From a virus (taxonomy: Duplodnaviria > Caudoviricetes): a DNA stretch of 36,680 nt. Position numbers and translations under genes: made by a program. Shown here piece after piece: positions 26,750-35,160 of the stretch. Positions within the stretch are counted from its first letter, which is position 1. Each line of letters begins with the position of its first letter. The notes beneath the pieces are model-generated. The model was given only the letters and a program-made list of their open reading frames with translations, made no database searches and was not told where the DNA came from. The DNA is taken from positions 1 through 36,680 of IMG/VR virus record IMGVR_UViG_3300048577_000538; one strand, written 5' to 3'.

Positions 26750-26919
26750 TTATCTCCTCCCCGCTGATCATGTTGTTCGACAATTTCAGCGGCAATGAAT
26801 CCCGCGAAAGCAACGAGCGCCGTAATTCCCATTTCATTACGAGCCTGCTGGTTTTCGGAGAAGAATCGGGCCAAGCAAAGGGCCATCATAATAAGCGATA
26901 AAAAAGTGGATACTTTCAT
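26746..26919 (-). CDS. 57-aa small membrane protein (MKVSTFLSLIMMALCL...)
   Basis: Hand translation; ATGA overlaps at both ends; two hydrophobic stretches; not in the ORF track. Confidence 0.6.
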   Translation of the reverse strand: MKVSTFLSLIMMALCLARFFSENQQARNEMGITALVAFAGFIAAEIVEQHDQRGGDK

Positions 26920-27629
26920 TTTCTTCCCCTCATTTTCGCTCTCTCAATTTCCTGGGCGGTCTCAAATCTGATCGGATCGCAAAGATCAAGCAGTCGCCTG
27001 ATCAGCGGATCGCCGCGCAGATTCCCCGATCTCTCAGCCATTTCATCTGCGCCCAAATTGGTCGTGACGTAAAGCGGTAATCCGGCGCCGACACGCAAAT
27101 CGAGAAAGCGAAAGAACCACGCACGCGCCCAATCCTCGCGGCAGAGCTGCATCGCCTCTTGCCCGTAGTCATCGAGGAACACGATTTTTCGCGCCGCCGT
27201 GGCTTCGACCCAATCACGCGCCTCATCTCGGCCGTATCGGACCTGCTGCAAAAGCGCGGAGAACCAATCCACGGATGACCAGCACCGCACCTCCAGGCCC
27301 TCATCGCACGCATAGCGCCGCATCAGAGCCCACATTGCACGCGTTTTGCCGCGTCCAGTTGGTCCGGACGCCAGAATGCCCTTATCTTCCGCCGAATGGC
27401 CTAGAATCAAGCGCAACTGGGCAAGGAAGGGCATCAGGGCGGGGTGTTGCCAGTCGCTTTCGAGCATTTGCGGAGGGCATGAGGCTAAAAAACGCTGCTT
27501 GGCGGATTCCGTGCGGGCGGCATCCGAGAATTTCCGCCAATTCTCTTCCCGCTCTTCGGCGGTGATTTCCGCTACGCCGTTTTCAGCCTGCGTATTCAGC
27601 TCTTGGATAATAGTTTCGTCACTTTTCAT
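26916..27629 (-). CDS. DnaC/IstB-like AAA+ helicase loader
   Basis: GPTGRGKT, VFLDDYG, VTTN and RRL motifs; follows the initiator gene. Confidence 0.9.
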   Translation of the reverse strand: MKSDETIIQELNTQAENGVAEITAEEREENWRKFSDAARTESAKQRFLASCPPQMLESDWQHPALMPFLAQLRLILGHSAEDKGILASGPTGRGKTRAMWALMRRYACDEGLEVRCWSSVDWFSALLQQVRYGRDEARDWVEATAARKIVFLDDYGQEAMQLCREDWARAWFFRFLDLRVGAGLPLYVTTNLGADEMAERSGNLRGDPLIRRLLDLCDPIRFETAQEIERAKMRGRK

Positions 27630-27631
27630 TT

Positions 27632-28429
27632 TCAGAATCTCCCGCTAAATTGTGATTTTCCCGGTGCCTGCCCTGTCATTGGTTTTTCGATACGCCCGAT
27701 CCAGCGAAGGAACCTCGTTCGGGTTGGTTGCTTGTGCTTTAATTCGCACCATCGGAGCATTTTACCGTGCTCATAGTCGATGTCTACGTGAGCAAAAGTC
27801 GGATCAACCTTGAGCGATCCAAGCCACTCGGCATCGGTGAGCTTCGGCTGTGCCTGCTTTGCGGGCTCTGGTGCCGGAGGAGCTGGAAAAAGCGAAGAAG
27901 AATTTTCCGCTCGAGGAGAGTCGGAGGTCGGCGGCGTAGCCGTTCCGACCGAACTGTTCGCACCTACTCCTACTGTCTTAGATGTATTCTCTATTCTATT
28001 CTTCTCTTCTCTTCTCTTCTCTTCTCTGGTCCCGCAGTTGTCCCGATTTTGTCCCGATTTTTCGGGGACAGGTTCGGGACATTTTCCGAGTCTTTGGAGG
28101 CGCTTTTTCTCGGTTTCCATCGCGCGTTTTTTTGCGCTATCTCCATTATGCTTAGAAAACTTAGGGAATATCACACCACCCTCTTCGATGAGTAACCATC
28201 CTACTGATACCATTGCAGCCGCGAAGCCAGCTCGCTTCGTCATCGAATCTATCGTCGAGCCATCAACGAACGGCATATGCCCATCGTCCGACTGCTCATC
28301 TGCCCAAGACCAAAGCAGGTATAGGCGACCAACAACGCTGAATTTGTCGAGATTTGTGCGTGCCGAAATTCCGATGACTGCGGGGTCGTCACCCAAATTT
28401 ATCCGCATTTTTATCCAGTCGTTTGCCAT
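27632..28429 (-). CDS. Phage replication initiator (lambda O / DnaT-like)
   Basis: MANDWIKMR...LW.WAD...VGWL...F.KHNG.SAK.R N-domain; internal low-complexity origin region. Confidence 0.85.
   Translation of the reverse strand: MANDWIKMRINLGDDPAVIGISARTNLDKFSVVGRLYLLWSWADEQSDDGHMPFVDGSTIDSMTKRAGFAAAMVSVGWLLIEEGGVIFPKFSKHNGDSAKKRAMETEKKRLQRLGKCPEPVPEKSGQNRDNCGTREEKRREEKNRIENTSKTVGVGANSSVGTATPPTSDSPRAENSSSLFPAPPAPEPAKQAQPKLTDAEWLGSLKVDPTFAHVDIDYEHGKMLRWCELKHKQPTRTRFLRWIGRIEKPMTGQAPGKSQFSGRF
27985..28081. repeat. Putative replication origin inside the initiator gene
   Basis: GTCCCG boxes at 11-bp spacing (28028, 28039, 28050) with two inverted copies (28064, 28075), next to a CTCTT/CTATT pentamer pyrimidine tract. 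Confidence 0.65.
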
Positions 28430-28441
28430 GTGGTTTTCCGC

Positions 28442-28756
28442 TTAATTTTCTGTTTTGTTAATTGCTTCCCTAATTGCCCTGACCATCTCGCCATTTAACA
28501 CTCCCGTCGGCGTGCATCTCAGTATTCTCCAGCCGGCGACAGCGGCCGCATTATATTTTTCGATGTCTCGCAAATATCCTTTTGGTCTGACGTGTCTTCC
28601 GCCAGTCCAGACGCCGCCCTCGATTTCAAGCGCAACCTTTTGCTCAGGCCAAGCGTAGTCGAAGCGCCATTTCCGTGTAGCGTGAAACCTGTATTCGGAT
28701 ATTGGAGCTACGCCGACAAGTTGGGCAAGCGCCTGCAATACTATAGAGTTGTTCAT
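28442..28756 (-). CDS. PD-(D/E)XK endonuclease (Vsr/DUF559-like)
   Basis: EYRFH..RKWRFDYAWP..KVALEIEGG.W..GRH....Y..D.EKYN.A...GWR. Confidence 0.85.
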   Translation of the reverse strand: MNNSIVLQALAQLVGVAPISEYRFHATRKWRFDYAWPEQKVALEIEGGVWTGGRHVRPKGYLRDIEKYNAAAVAGWRILRCTPTGVLNGEMVRAIREAINKTEN

Positions 28757-28813
28757 TTTGCGTCGGAAATCTGCCGGAAGTCTTTTGCTTACGAGCGGGG
28801 TTTTCGCTTTCGT

Positions 28814-29377
28814 TCAGGTGTTGGTCTTCAGGAACACAATCCAGAGGGTTTTAGCCGTGCGGCCGCATCGGTTCCCGTAGAGCGGCTTGACTGGCGTAAG
28901 AGCGAGAATTTCCGAAACCGGAATTCTTTCCTCGTTCCACTTGAAAACGAGCGTTCCGCCGAGCCTTAGCACGCGGAAGCATTCGGAAAATCCGGCCCGC
29001 AATTCGTCGCGCCAGTTGACCCCAAGCACGCCGTACTTCTTGGCGAGCCAGCCACTCTTTCCGGCACCAACCAAGTGCGGAGGGTCAAAGACGACATGCG
29101 CGAAAGCGGCATCTCTAAACGGCAGGGCTGTGAAGTCAGCCTGGATGTCCGGGTCAACGACCAGCGTCCGGCTCCCACCCTTGCTGGAAATGTCGGGCAG
29201 CTCATGCGTCTCGCGTCGCTTATCCACAAATATAACGTCTGGGTTGGCGCGGTCGAACCAGAACATACGGGAGCCACAGCAGGCGTCTAAAACTGGAGGC
29301 AGTTCGGCCATGGGTCGTTTAGTTATTGGTGGCACCCAGAGGGGGAGCCCGGTGTTTGGATCAATTCGGAGTTCCAT
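28814..29377 (-). CDS. Orphan SAM-dependent (amino) DNA methyltransferase
   Basis: LDACCGSRMFWF, VVFDPPH, GFSECFRVL and FKWNE motifs. Confidence 0.88.
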   Translation of the reverse strand: MELRIDPNTGLPLWVPPITKRPMAELPPVLDACCGSRMFWFDRANPDVIFVDKRRETHELPDISSKGGSRTLVVDPDIQADFTALPFRDAAFAHVVFDPPHLVGAGKSGWLAKKYGVLGVNWRDELRAGFSECFRVLRLGGTLVFKWNEERIPVSEILALTPVKPLYGNRCGRTAKTLWIVFLKTNT

Positions 29378-29399
29378 AGTTTTGCTTGGCTGTTTTCGT

Positions 29400-29717
29400 T
29401 CAGGAGTTGATTAGTTCGTGGGCGGCGTGCCACTGCTTGTGCTTCCAAACCAGACTCTCAAATTCAAGCCTGACCTGGATTCCTCGGTGTGGATCAATGC
29501 GCATTTTGACCGCGTAGGCATATTTTCCTCCTGGCATATCAGCCGTTCGGTATGGCTTTCCGAGTCGGTATCCGCGGACTGAAGAGTTGGGTGCCATGAT
29601 TCGTTCTGGCGTTTCAGCCGATTTGCGCACCACCTGAACGATTTCATCCGCACTGACTCCAATAGCGTTTTTCCTGCACAGCAGATCGTTAATATCTCTC
29701 GTGAGTTGGTCAGTCAT
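29400..29717 (-). CDS. Hypothetical protein
   Basis: ORF fitting the operon; AAGGAA upstream. Confidence 0.65.
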   Translation of the reverse strand: MTDQLTRDINDLLCRKNAIGVSADEIVQVVRKSAETPERIMAPNSSVRGYRLGKPYRTADMPGGKYAYAVKMRIDPHRGIQVRLEFESLVWKHKQWHAAHELINS

Positions 29718-29732
29718 GGGTCGTTCCTTTGT

Positions 29733-30005
29733 TCAGGTGTTGGCTTGGATCTCAATGCGCTGGACCTCATTTTCCGGGATGTACATATCCTGCCACCATA
29801 GCGGCAGGATCGTATCGACCTCGTCTGAAAACTCGAACAGATCAGCATCGGCCTCAGTGGCTGGTCGAGCATCCCAGACGATGACCGTATATTTGCCCTC
29901 ATCTCCATCAATGGCTTCCTTAGCCTCTTTGATGGCCTGCTCAATAGAATCGCAGAGGCTTCCCATTTCGTCGCTTCCCAGGAATTGGTATATGTATTTT
30001 TTCAT
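29733..30005 (-). CDS. Acidic hypothetical protein (90 aa)
   Basis: Start reassigned to MKKYIYQ at 30005, 2 bp after the upstream stop. Confidence 0.65.
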   Translation of the reverse strand: MKKYIYQFLGSDEMGSLCDSIEQAIKEAKEAIDGDEGKYTVIVWDARPATEADADLFEFSDEVDTILPLWWQDMYIPENEVQRIEIQANT

Positions 30006-30007
30006 GT

Positions 30008-30196
30008 TTAGAATCTTGAAAATTCCAGCGTGAGGAAAAGCCACACAAAGCGGACTTCTCCTAGTCCCGGTAGAAGCAACACGGTCGGTAAAACCGAGAA
30101 ACACCTGTATTGCCGCCAACGGAGCGAAACGAAAACGTGCGAGTCTCTTCCTCCTATGGAGCGATTGATGAATATTCTGATTTTGGATACTTTCAT
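30008..30196 (-). CDS. Hypothetical protein (62 aa)
   Basis: ATGA overlap; fills the gap exactly. Confidence 0.55.
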   Translation of the reverse strand: MKVSKIRIFINRSIGGRDSHVFVSLRWRQYRCFSVLPTVLLLPGLGEVRFVWLFLTLEFSRF

Positions 30197-30780
30197 TTTG
30201 TGCCATCCCGCGCGGCGTCGATGGCGGCCCGAAATGTATCCTCATTGAACCTACCCGTTGCGGGTGTATCAAACCAGTGGTCCGCCGTCGCAAGCCAATC
30301 AAGGCGGGCTTTGTCTTTTAAGGCTTCTGACAACTTCGCCTTGAGCTTCTCAATCTCAGCGACCAGAGAATCCGATTTGTCAGCTTCTTGTACCAGGTGA
30401 CTTTCAGCTTGTGCGCATCCGGCGGCGTAGAATTCCTTTTGTAGCCTGCACTCATCTCGCTCAGAGGAGACGCGGGCCAGTTCGGCCTTGAGCTTGGCGT
30501 TTTCCTTTTCGGAGCACCAAAGCAGATTTTGCACGCAAATCTTGTCGCACTTTTCGCAGAGCACTAGGAATTCTTTATCTTTCAACTCAGCCAACAGCTT
30601 GTTGCGCGTGTCGCGGAGGCGGATAGTCGCACGGAAAAAAAGGCCATGCTTGAATGGCTTTTGTAATTCTCTCTCCAGTTTTTCCGCGTGCTCGTACATT
30701 TTACGGGCGCAATCAGCGGCGGAAATAAGCGGGTTAAAGCACGCGGCCCATGCGGCTTTCGTGCGAGGGGTGTCGCTCAT
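30193..30780 (-). CDS. Early coiled-coil protein (MSDTPRT...DKARLDWL type) with CxxCxxxC
   Basis: GGAGG RBS before ATG 30780; terminal motifs common in phage early proteins. Confidence 0.7.
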   Translation of the reverse strand: MSDTPRTKAAWAACFNPLISAADCARKMYEHAEKLERELQKPFKHGLFFRATIRLRDTRNKLLAELKDKEFLVLCEKCDKICVQNLLWCSEKENAKLKAELARVSSERDECRLQKEFYAAGCAQAESHLVQEADKSDSLVAEIEKLKAKLSEALKDKARLDWLATADHWFDTPATGRFNEDTFRAAIDAARDGTK

Positions 30781-30971
30781 AGTGTGCCTCCTGTACTGTA
30801 TATCAGGATACACGCCCATATAAGCAGAGCAATTTCTGCGGCAACAACCGACAAGTAATGCCTCTGGTCTCGTTCGATTACGGTAGGCATTTCTCGAAAC
30901 GCTAGAGCGTATAGCGCAACTACCAGCCGAAGGACCGAGAGCGCCGACATGACCCAGAGAAATGTACTCAT
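30777..30971 (-). CDS. Small 2-TM membrane protein
   Basis: GGAGG RBS, ATGA overlaps, two hydrophobic segments. Confidence 0.65.
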   Translation of the reverse strand: MSTFLWVMSALSVLRLVVALYALAFREMPTVIERDQRHYLSVVAAEIALLIWACILIYSTGGTL

Positions 30972-31210
30972 AGCGCGCCTCCATTTCTAAATTGCAGATC
31001 ACGCGGCGCGTTTTCCTGACTGAACCGCCCGAGAACATCCCGGCGCGGACGCAGCTTATTTAGCTGCCAGTGCGCCAGCCTGTCGAAAAAACCGTTCTGC
31101 CAGCCGAGGGCCAAATACTTTTCTTTGCTCGATACTTGGCCAAATAAATATCCGGCCAGAAAAACAAGAATAGCAGATAGCGCGATTACAAGGATGTGTA
31201 TTGTTTCCAT
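30968..31210 (-). CDS. Small 1-TM protein
   Basis: Hydrophobic N-terminus; RRD..GRF motif; start reassigned to 31210. Confidence 0.65.
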   Translation of the reverse strand: METIHILVIALSAILVFLAGYLFGQVSSKEKYLALGWQNGFFDRLAHWQLNKLRPRRDVLGRFSQENAPRDLQFRNGGAL

Positions 31211-31212
31211 GG

Positions 31213-31797
31213 TTACGCTTTTTTGTCGGCCTCTTCGGCGATGGGTTTCCACTCGGCGTCAAGCGTCGGCTTGAGTTTCTTCTGTTCGGCTCCCGGGAGT
31301 GTTGCCCACCAAGCGGCGAGCGCAGACACCCCAAGGTGAGCGCGATTTGATCCGCGCATTTCGTCGGTCCAATCCACCCAGCCAGCCGGATACTTAACTA
31401 CCGGGGTTTCCGGCTCAAGCGGAGCAACGCGATGCGGCTTCCGGCGCCCGCGGGTCTCGGTGAGTAGGATCGATAACGGCTCAGAAATGTCGCTTGCGTG
31501 AGATATTTTCACACCCCCGACAGCATCCCCGCCAAACTTAACAAGCGGGTCACGATAGATTGAGATTCGCCTACCAATGTATGCGCTACCGTCTGCGCCC
31601 CAAATCGAAACAAGCACTCGGCGCATTGACTTGCTTGGCTTGTATGGCCTCCCGAAATCTCCCTCGTAGTGAATTACGACAGGCTGCTCTTGGCTGCCTG
31701 ACTCGACTGAGGTAATCTTAATTGTCCGTGGCCCGCCAATCAGGTCGTCCGCGTTGAGCTGGTCGCTTTTTGGAATTATGGTTGTATTGAGATTCAT
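31213..31797 (-). CDS. Recombination-module protein (putative ssDNA-binding/annealing)
   Basis: PKSDQLNADDL..GPRTIKI...KPSKSMRRVL...WG family; directly downstream of the exonuclease. Confidence 0.65.
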   Translation of the reverse strand: MNLNTTIIPKSDQLNADDLIGGPRTIKITSVESGSQEQPVVIHYEGDFGRPYKPSKSMRRVLVSIWGADGSAYIGRRISIYRDPLVKFGGDAVGGVKISHASDISEPLSILLTETRGRRKPHRVAPLEPETPVVKYPAGWVDWTDEMRGSNRAHLGVSALAAWWATLPGAEQKKLKPTLDAEWKPIAEEADKKA

Positions 31798-32684
31798 ATT
31801 ACTTTCTCGGTTGATGTTGTGATTTCACTACCGTCTTCGATTTCGAAATCCACCCAGCCAGGGGCCTGAATTTCGACGGCGCCATTCACATATCCCGGCC
31901 AGTTATTCGATTCCATGCAGCGCTTCCACGTGTCGATTGCCTTGAATGCCTCCCGCTTCCCGCGCTCGCGGAAAGAAGCGTCAAGGAAGCATGGCGTCAC
32001 GGCATAGGGCGGCTCCGTTTCGACAAAAAGAAACTGGAACCCAAGTCCTCCTTTTACCGCAGGGATTCCGGTGAGTTTCGCGGCCCCCATGAGATAAAAC
32101 TCAGAGCGCAAATCGTAGTGCATTGCGGGCACGATTCTTGAAATCTGTTCCGGGTGGGCAGACTTTCCCGTGGTCTTTATGTCCCAAATCTCATTGCGGG
32201 ATGGAATCCATCGATCAAACATTGCCCTCATGTAGTGCTCGCCCTCTTTCCATACTGCCGCCTTCTCGCTTTCTCCCTCGGTAAGCACGTAATCCAGCCC
32301 CCACTCGTGAAGGCTTGCCCGCAGGTTTGTAACGATCTCACTGGCGCGGTCGAAGTCCGCTCGCTTCGTTGGAGTCTTTCCGAGCGACTGCGCAAAATCG
32401 TAAAATTCTCGCGCTTCTTTTGACCTCCAAGAGTCTCCCTCGTAGATTTCGAACCCTCCACCTTTTCCAAGAGCAAGTTCGTGCACAACGCTCCCGAGAC
32501 TCATGGATGGAGTCTCGTCGCTCGCTGAATATTCCGGGTTAAGCCGAGGATGCTTGAGCCTCGCTTTCGCTGGGCACGAATAAACAAGGTCGCAGGCAAG
32601 CGAAGACGAGAGCGAGGGAAGAAAGCATGGGTCGGCGTGATATTCCTTCGCGGGTAAATCGTAAAATCCTGGAGCCGTAATCAC
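31794..32684 (-). CDS. RecE/exonuclease VIII-like PD-(D/E)XK nuclease (DUF3799-like)
   Basis: EYHAD...LSSS, GSVVH...L, D-x-DIKTT, Y..R..FY, F.F..VE..PPY, WPGY; GTG start with GTGA overlap. Confidence 0.88.
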   Translation of the reverse strand: MITAPGFYDLPAKEYHADPCFLPSLSSSLACDLVYSCPAKARLKHPRLNPEYSASDETPSMSLGSVVHELALGKGGGFEIYEGDSWRSKEAREFYDFAQSLGKTPTKRADFDRASEIVTNLRASLHEWGLDYVLTEGESEKAAVWKEGEHYMRAMFDRWIPSRNEIWDIKTTGKSAHPEQISRIVPAMHYDLRSEFYLMGAAKLTGIPAVKGGLGFQFLFVETEPPYAVTPCFLDASFRERGKREAFKAIDTWKRCMESNNWPGYVNGAVEIQAPGWVDFEIEDGSEITTSTEKVI

Positions 32685-33757
32685 AGGAGCACCGCCTTTC
32701 CTTCCACCCAAGCAGCGAACTTGTTCACCTGGTCGGCGAGCTGAATCTGCACACGCTTCCCTTTTTCGGTCGCGAGCGCAGGAATTTGCAAACCGCGTAT
32801 TGTGGCAGCAAATACGGCCAGCTTCTCACGGTCTGGCGCAAGTGCGGCGCGTTCTTTTTCTGCTTCTATCTGTGTAAGTCTTGCGCTCTCGCGCTCTGCG
32901 ACGGCTCTCAGTTCGCGTTCGCACTTCTCCCGCTCGTCTCGCTCCGATTTTGCTTTCGCCTCAAGCGCTGCGTGCTCAATGCGGGCGATTTCCTGCTGTC
33001 TCTTGCGCTCGATTTCTGCGGCCTCGACCTTGGCGCGTGCCTCTGCCTTCTGCTCTTCAAGTTCTTTCAACGCCTTCTCTCGTTCAGCCCTTGCCGCTGC
33101 CTCGCGTACTTCGGCTTCAGCTTTGAGTCTTTCGTTTTCGATCCGCATGCGCTCGCGCTCCTGTGCTTGGGCTTTCTCGCGAGCCTCACGCGCTTCGGCT
33201 TCCGCTTTTGCTTGAGCGAGCCTATCCGCTTCGGCTTTTTCTGCCGCCGCCTTCCGCGTGTTGAATGCGGCTCGCGCACCCTCAAGAGTGTTTGCAAAAT
33301 CGACCTCGGACATTTCGGCGAGCATGTAGAATGCCGGATTCACCCCGAGCGGGATGAGCTGCGCCTCGCGGGTCGCCCGCAACGTTGCCTTGCGCTGCGC
33401 CTCTGCGCGTTCGGCGGCGGTTTCGATCTCGCTCAGCGTCAGCTCAAGCGGCTCTATTACGCCAGTTACGAGGCGCAGCATTCCGTCGAGCGCCTTCCCG
33501 CGTGATAGCGTTTCGGCCTTCAGCTCCTTGTGCTTTTTCTCAGCTTCGACGCGGATTTTCTTCAGCAGTAAGCGAGACTCGCGGGCAAGTTTTGGCTCGG
33601 TTACTTCGGAAACCCTTACGCGCCACTCTTCTGCCTGTGCAAAAAAAGGAGAAAATGAGGACCGGATAAGAAGGCCAACATCCTCCGAAACTCCGCTTTG
33701 AAGAAGGACCGTATCAATAGGCCCGCCTTGGACTAGATCTTGTGTATTCGTAGGCAT
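32681..33757 (-). CDS. Long coiled-coil early protein (DUF1351/Gam-like)
   Basis: R..LKK.R...EK.HKELK...L..GK..D pattern followed by an E/A/R/K-rich coil. Confidence 0.7.
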   Translation of the reverse strand: MPTNTQDLVQGGPIDTVLLQSGVSEDVGLLIRSSFSPFFAQAEEWRVRVSEVTEPKLARESRLLLKKIRVEAEKKHKELKAETLSRGKALDGMLRLVTGVIEPLELTLSEIETAAERAEAQRKATLRATREAQLIPLGVNPAFYMLAEMSEVDFANTLEGARAAFNTRKAAAEKAEADRLAQAKAEAEAREAREKAQAQERERMRIENERLKAEAEVREAAARAEREKALKELEEQKAEARAKVEAAEIERKRQQEIARIEHAALEAKAKSERDEREKCERELRAVAERESARLTQIEAEKERAALAPDREKLAVFAATIRGLQIPALATEKGKRVQIQLADQVNKFAAWVEGKAVLL

Positions 33758-33758
33758 G

Positions 33759-34670
33759 TTACGGGTTGTTTTTGTTTTCCGTCCCCGCGTCATCGCGGCT
33801 TCCTTCGTCGCTGGGAACGCTCACGGTTCCGGCGTTCGCAAACGCGTGCGCCTTGTCCTTCTTCGCCTTGGACTCGGCGAGCGCCGCGTCGATGTATCCA
33901 ATGGCCGCGCACGCGCCGGGAATCTTGTCGGAATTGATCCGCAGGAACTCGCGGAACGTCGTGGTTTCGGCGCGACCAGAGAGCGCGATTAGGGTTTTCA
34001 CCTCAAGCTTTTGCTCTTCTTCACCAAGCCGTTCACCTTCGAAGGAAGAAAAGAAAATACCAGGCAACCGCAAAACGTAACCCTGCGCGTCGTCGGTCGC
34101 GTCTTTTGGCAACTCCAGATCTTCGGAGGCGAGCCCGTCCCAGCTCTCAGGCGTGAGTACCTGTTCCGTTGCGGCTCCGGGAAGCGGGATAATATTGGAG
34201 GACTCTTGCTTCGTGTCGGTTTCGGCGGCTCCGCTTACAAGTTTTTCGACGCCCGGCAGTTCGTTATTTGTGACGCACACAAGCACCGGGGTTTTGGTTT
34301 TGACCCAGATTTCATGGTCCTTGAAGGTGCGAGCGGGAACATTCTCGCAGGCCTCGCCAATAGTCTGAGTAGGAAGCAGGCGACCCTTCTTTGTCGTGTT
34401 GAAATCGTACGCTGCTTGGCGGATTCTTTCCTCTGTCGTAACAGGACTTGCCTCATCAGGAATCTGGAGCACCCAGCCGGCAAAGTCGTGACCACGCAAA
34501 AACCCTTGCGGGTCAGATACCAGGATGACGAACTGCTTTTTAACGGCGGGAGTCTTCTCTTTTTCTTTGGAGGAAAGCGCGGCAAGTTGGTTAATTAGCG
34601 CCTCCAGTTCGGCGGTAGGTATTTTTACGACCTTTCCAGCCGACAGTATTTGTTCTGTGGATACTTTCAT
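33759..34670 (-). CDS. Hypothetical two-domain protein
   Basis: AAGGAGG RBS before ATG 34670 (ATGA overlap). Confidence 0.7.
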   Translation of the reverse strand: MKVSTEQILSAGKVVKIPTAELEALINQLAALSSKEKEKTPAVKKQFVILVSDPQGFLRGHDFAGWVLQIPDEASPVTTEERIRQAAYDFNTTKKGRLLPTQTIGEACENVPARTFKDHEIWVKTKTPVLVCVTNNELPGVEKLVSGAAETDTKQESSNIIPLPGAATEQVLTPESWDGLASEDLELPKDATDDAQGYVLRLPGIFFSSFEGERLGEEEQKLEVKTLIALSGRAETTTFREFLRINSDKIPGACAAIGYIDAALAESKAKKDKAHAFANAGTVSVPSDEGSRDDAGTENKNNP

Positions 34671-34846
34671 TGCGAGGCCTCCTTCTTGAGCTGCTTGCGG
34701 CCCTTGTGGGGCATATAGCAAGACCGTGACTGCTTCGGGAATGCTTCGGGGTCGTGTGTAAGAAACGGATTACTGCGGCGGTGTTTGTTTGCTGCGATTC
34801 TCGCTTTTCCTGATGCCTTGACGGCATCTGATTTTTTGCTATTCAT
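34667..34846 (-). CDS. 59-aa basic protein ([26 protein letters not shown]...)
   Basis: Hand translation; AAGGA RBS; TGA overlaps the next ATG; missed by the ORF track. Confidence 0.6.
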   Translation of the reverse strand: MNSKKSDAVKASGKARIAANKHRRSNPFLTHDPEAFPKQSRSCYMPHKGRKQLKKEASQ

Positions 34847-34867
34847 ACTTTGTTTTCCTTCAGTTTT

Positions 34868-34894
34868 AGCCCCCGTTCACGCGGGGGCTTTTTT
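34868..34894 (+). terminator. Intrinsic terminator-like hairpin oriented on + (antisense to the surrounding genes)
   Basis: AGCCCCCG-TTCACG-CGGGGGCT followed by a T tract on +. Confidence 0.65.
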
Positions 34895-34903
34895 GTTGAT
34901 TTA

Positions 34904-35158
34904 TTATTCGCCGAAGCCGGAGCCGTCGCCGGAGCCGGAGCCGAAGCCGTCGCCGAAGCCGGAGCCGAAGCCGGAGCCGAAGCCGGAGCCGAAGCCGGAG
35001 CCGGAGCCGGAGCCGGAGCCGAAGCCGTCGCCGAAGCCGAAGCCGGAGCCGAAGCCGGAGCCGGAGCCGAAGCCGGAGCCGAAGCCGGAGCCGGAGCCGA
35101 AGCCGAAGCCGTCGCCGGAGCCGAAGCCGTAAGCGGAGGTGGTTGTAGCGGTTCCCAT
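34904..35158 (-). CDS. Gly-X (GS/GF/GD) low-complexity repeat protein, 84 aa
   Basis: ATG 2 nt after the Sm-like gene stop, with GGAGG upstream; every second residue is Gly. Confidence 0.7.
   Translation of the reverse strand: MGTATTTSAYGFGSGDGFGFGSGSGFGSGFGSGSGFGSGFGFGDGFGSGSGSGSGFGSGFGSGFGSGFGDGFGSGSGDGSGFGE
34909..35130. repeat. Hexamer microsatellite (GCCGGA / GCCGAA / GCCGTC units)
   Basis: About 37 tandem 6-bp units with invariant GCCG. Confidence 0.95.
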
Positions 35159-35160
35159 TT

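Noticed and set aside
26608-26901. + strand 97-aa ORF
   Set aside because: Antisense to ATGA-coupled - strand micro-ORFs that fit the operon better; no RBS
28808-29743. Integron attC cassettes (gene ends followed by AAC)
   Set aside because: No complementary GTTRRRY arm or long hairpin, spacers too short, and the integrase shows no evident IntI-specific insertion
34591-34827. - strand 78-aa ORF (and 35558..35764) from the ORF track
   Set aside because: Better-supported shorter ORFs in other frames (34667..34846, 35668..35793) have ATG starts and fit the operon
34909-35130. CRISPR-like array
   Set aside because: Contiguous 6-bp units with no unique spacers, and no cas genes
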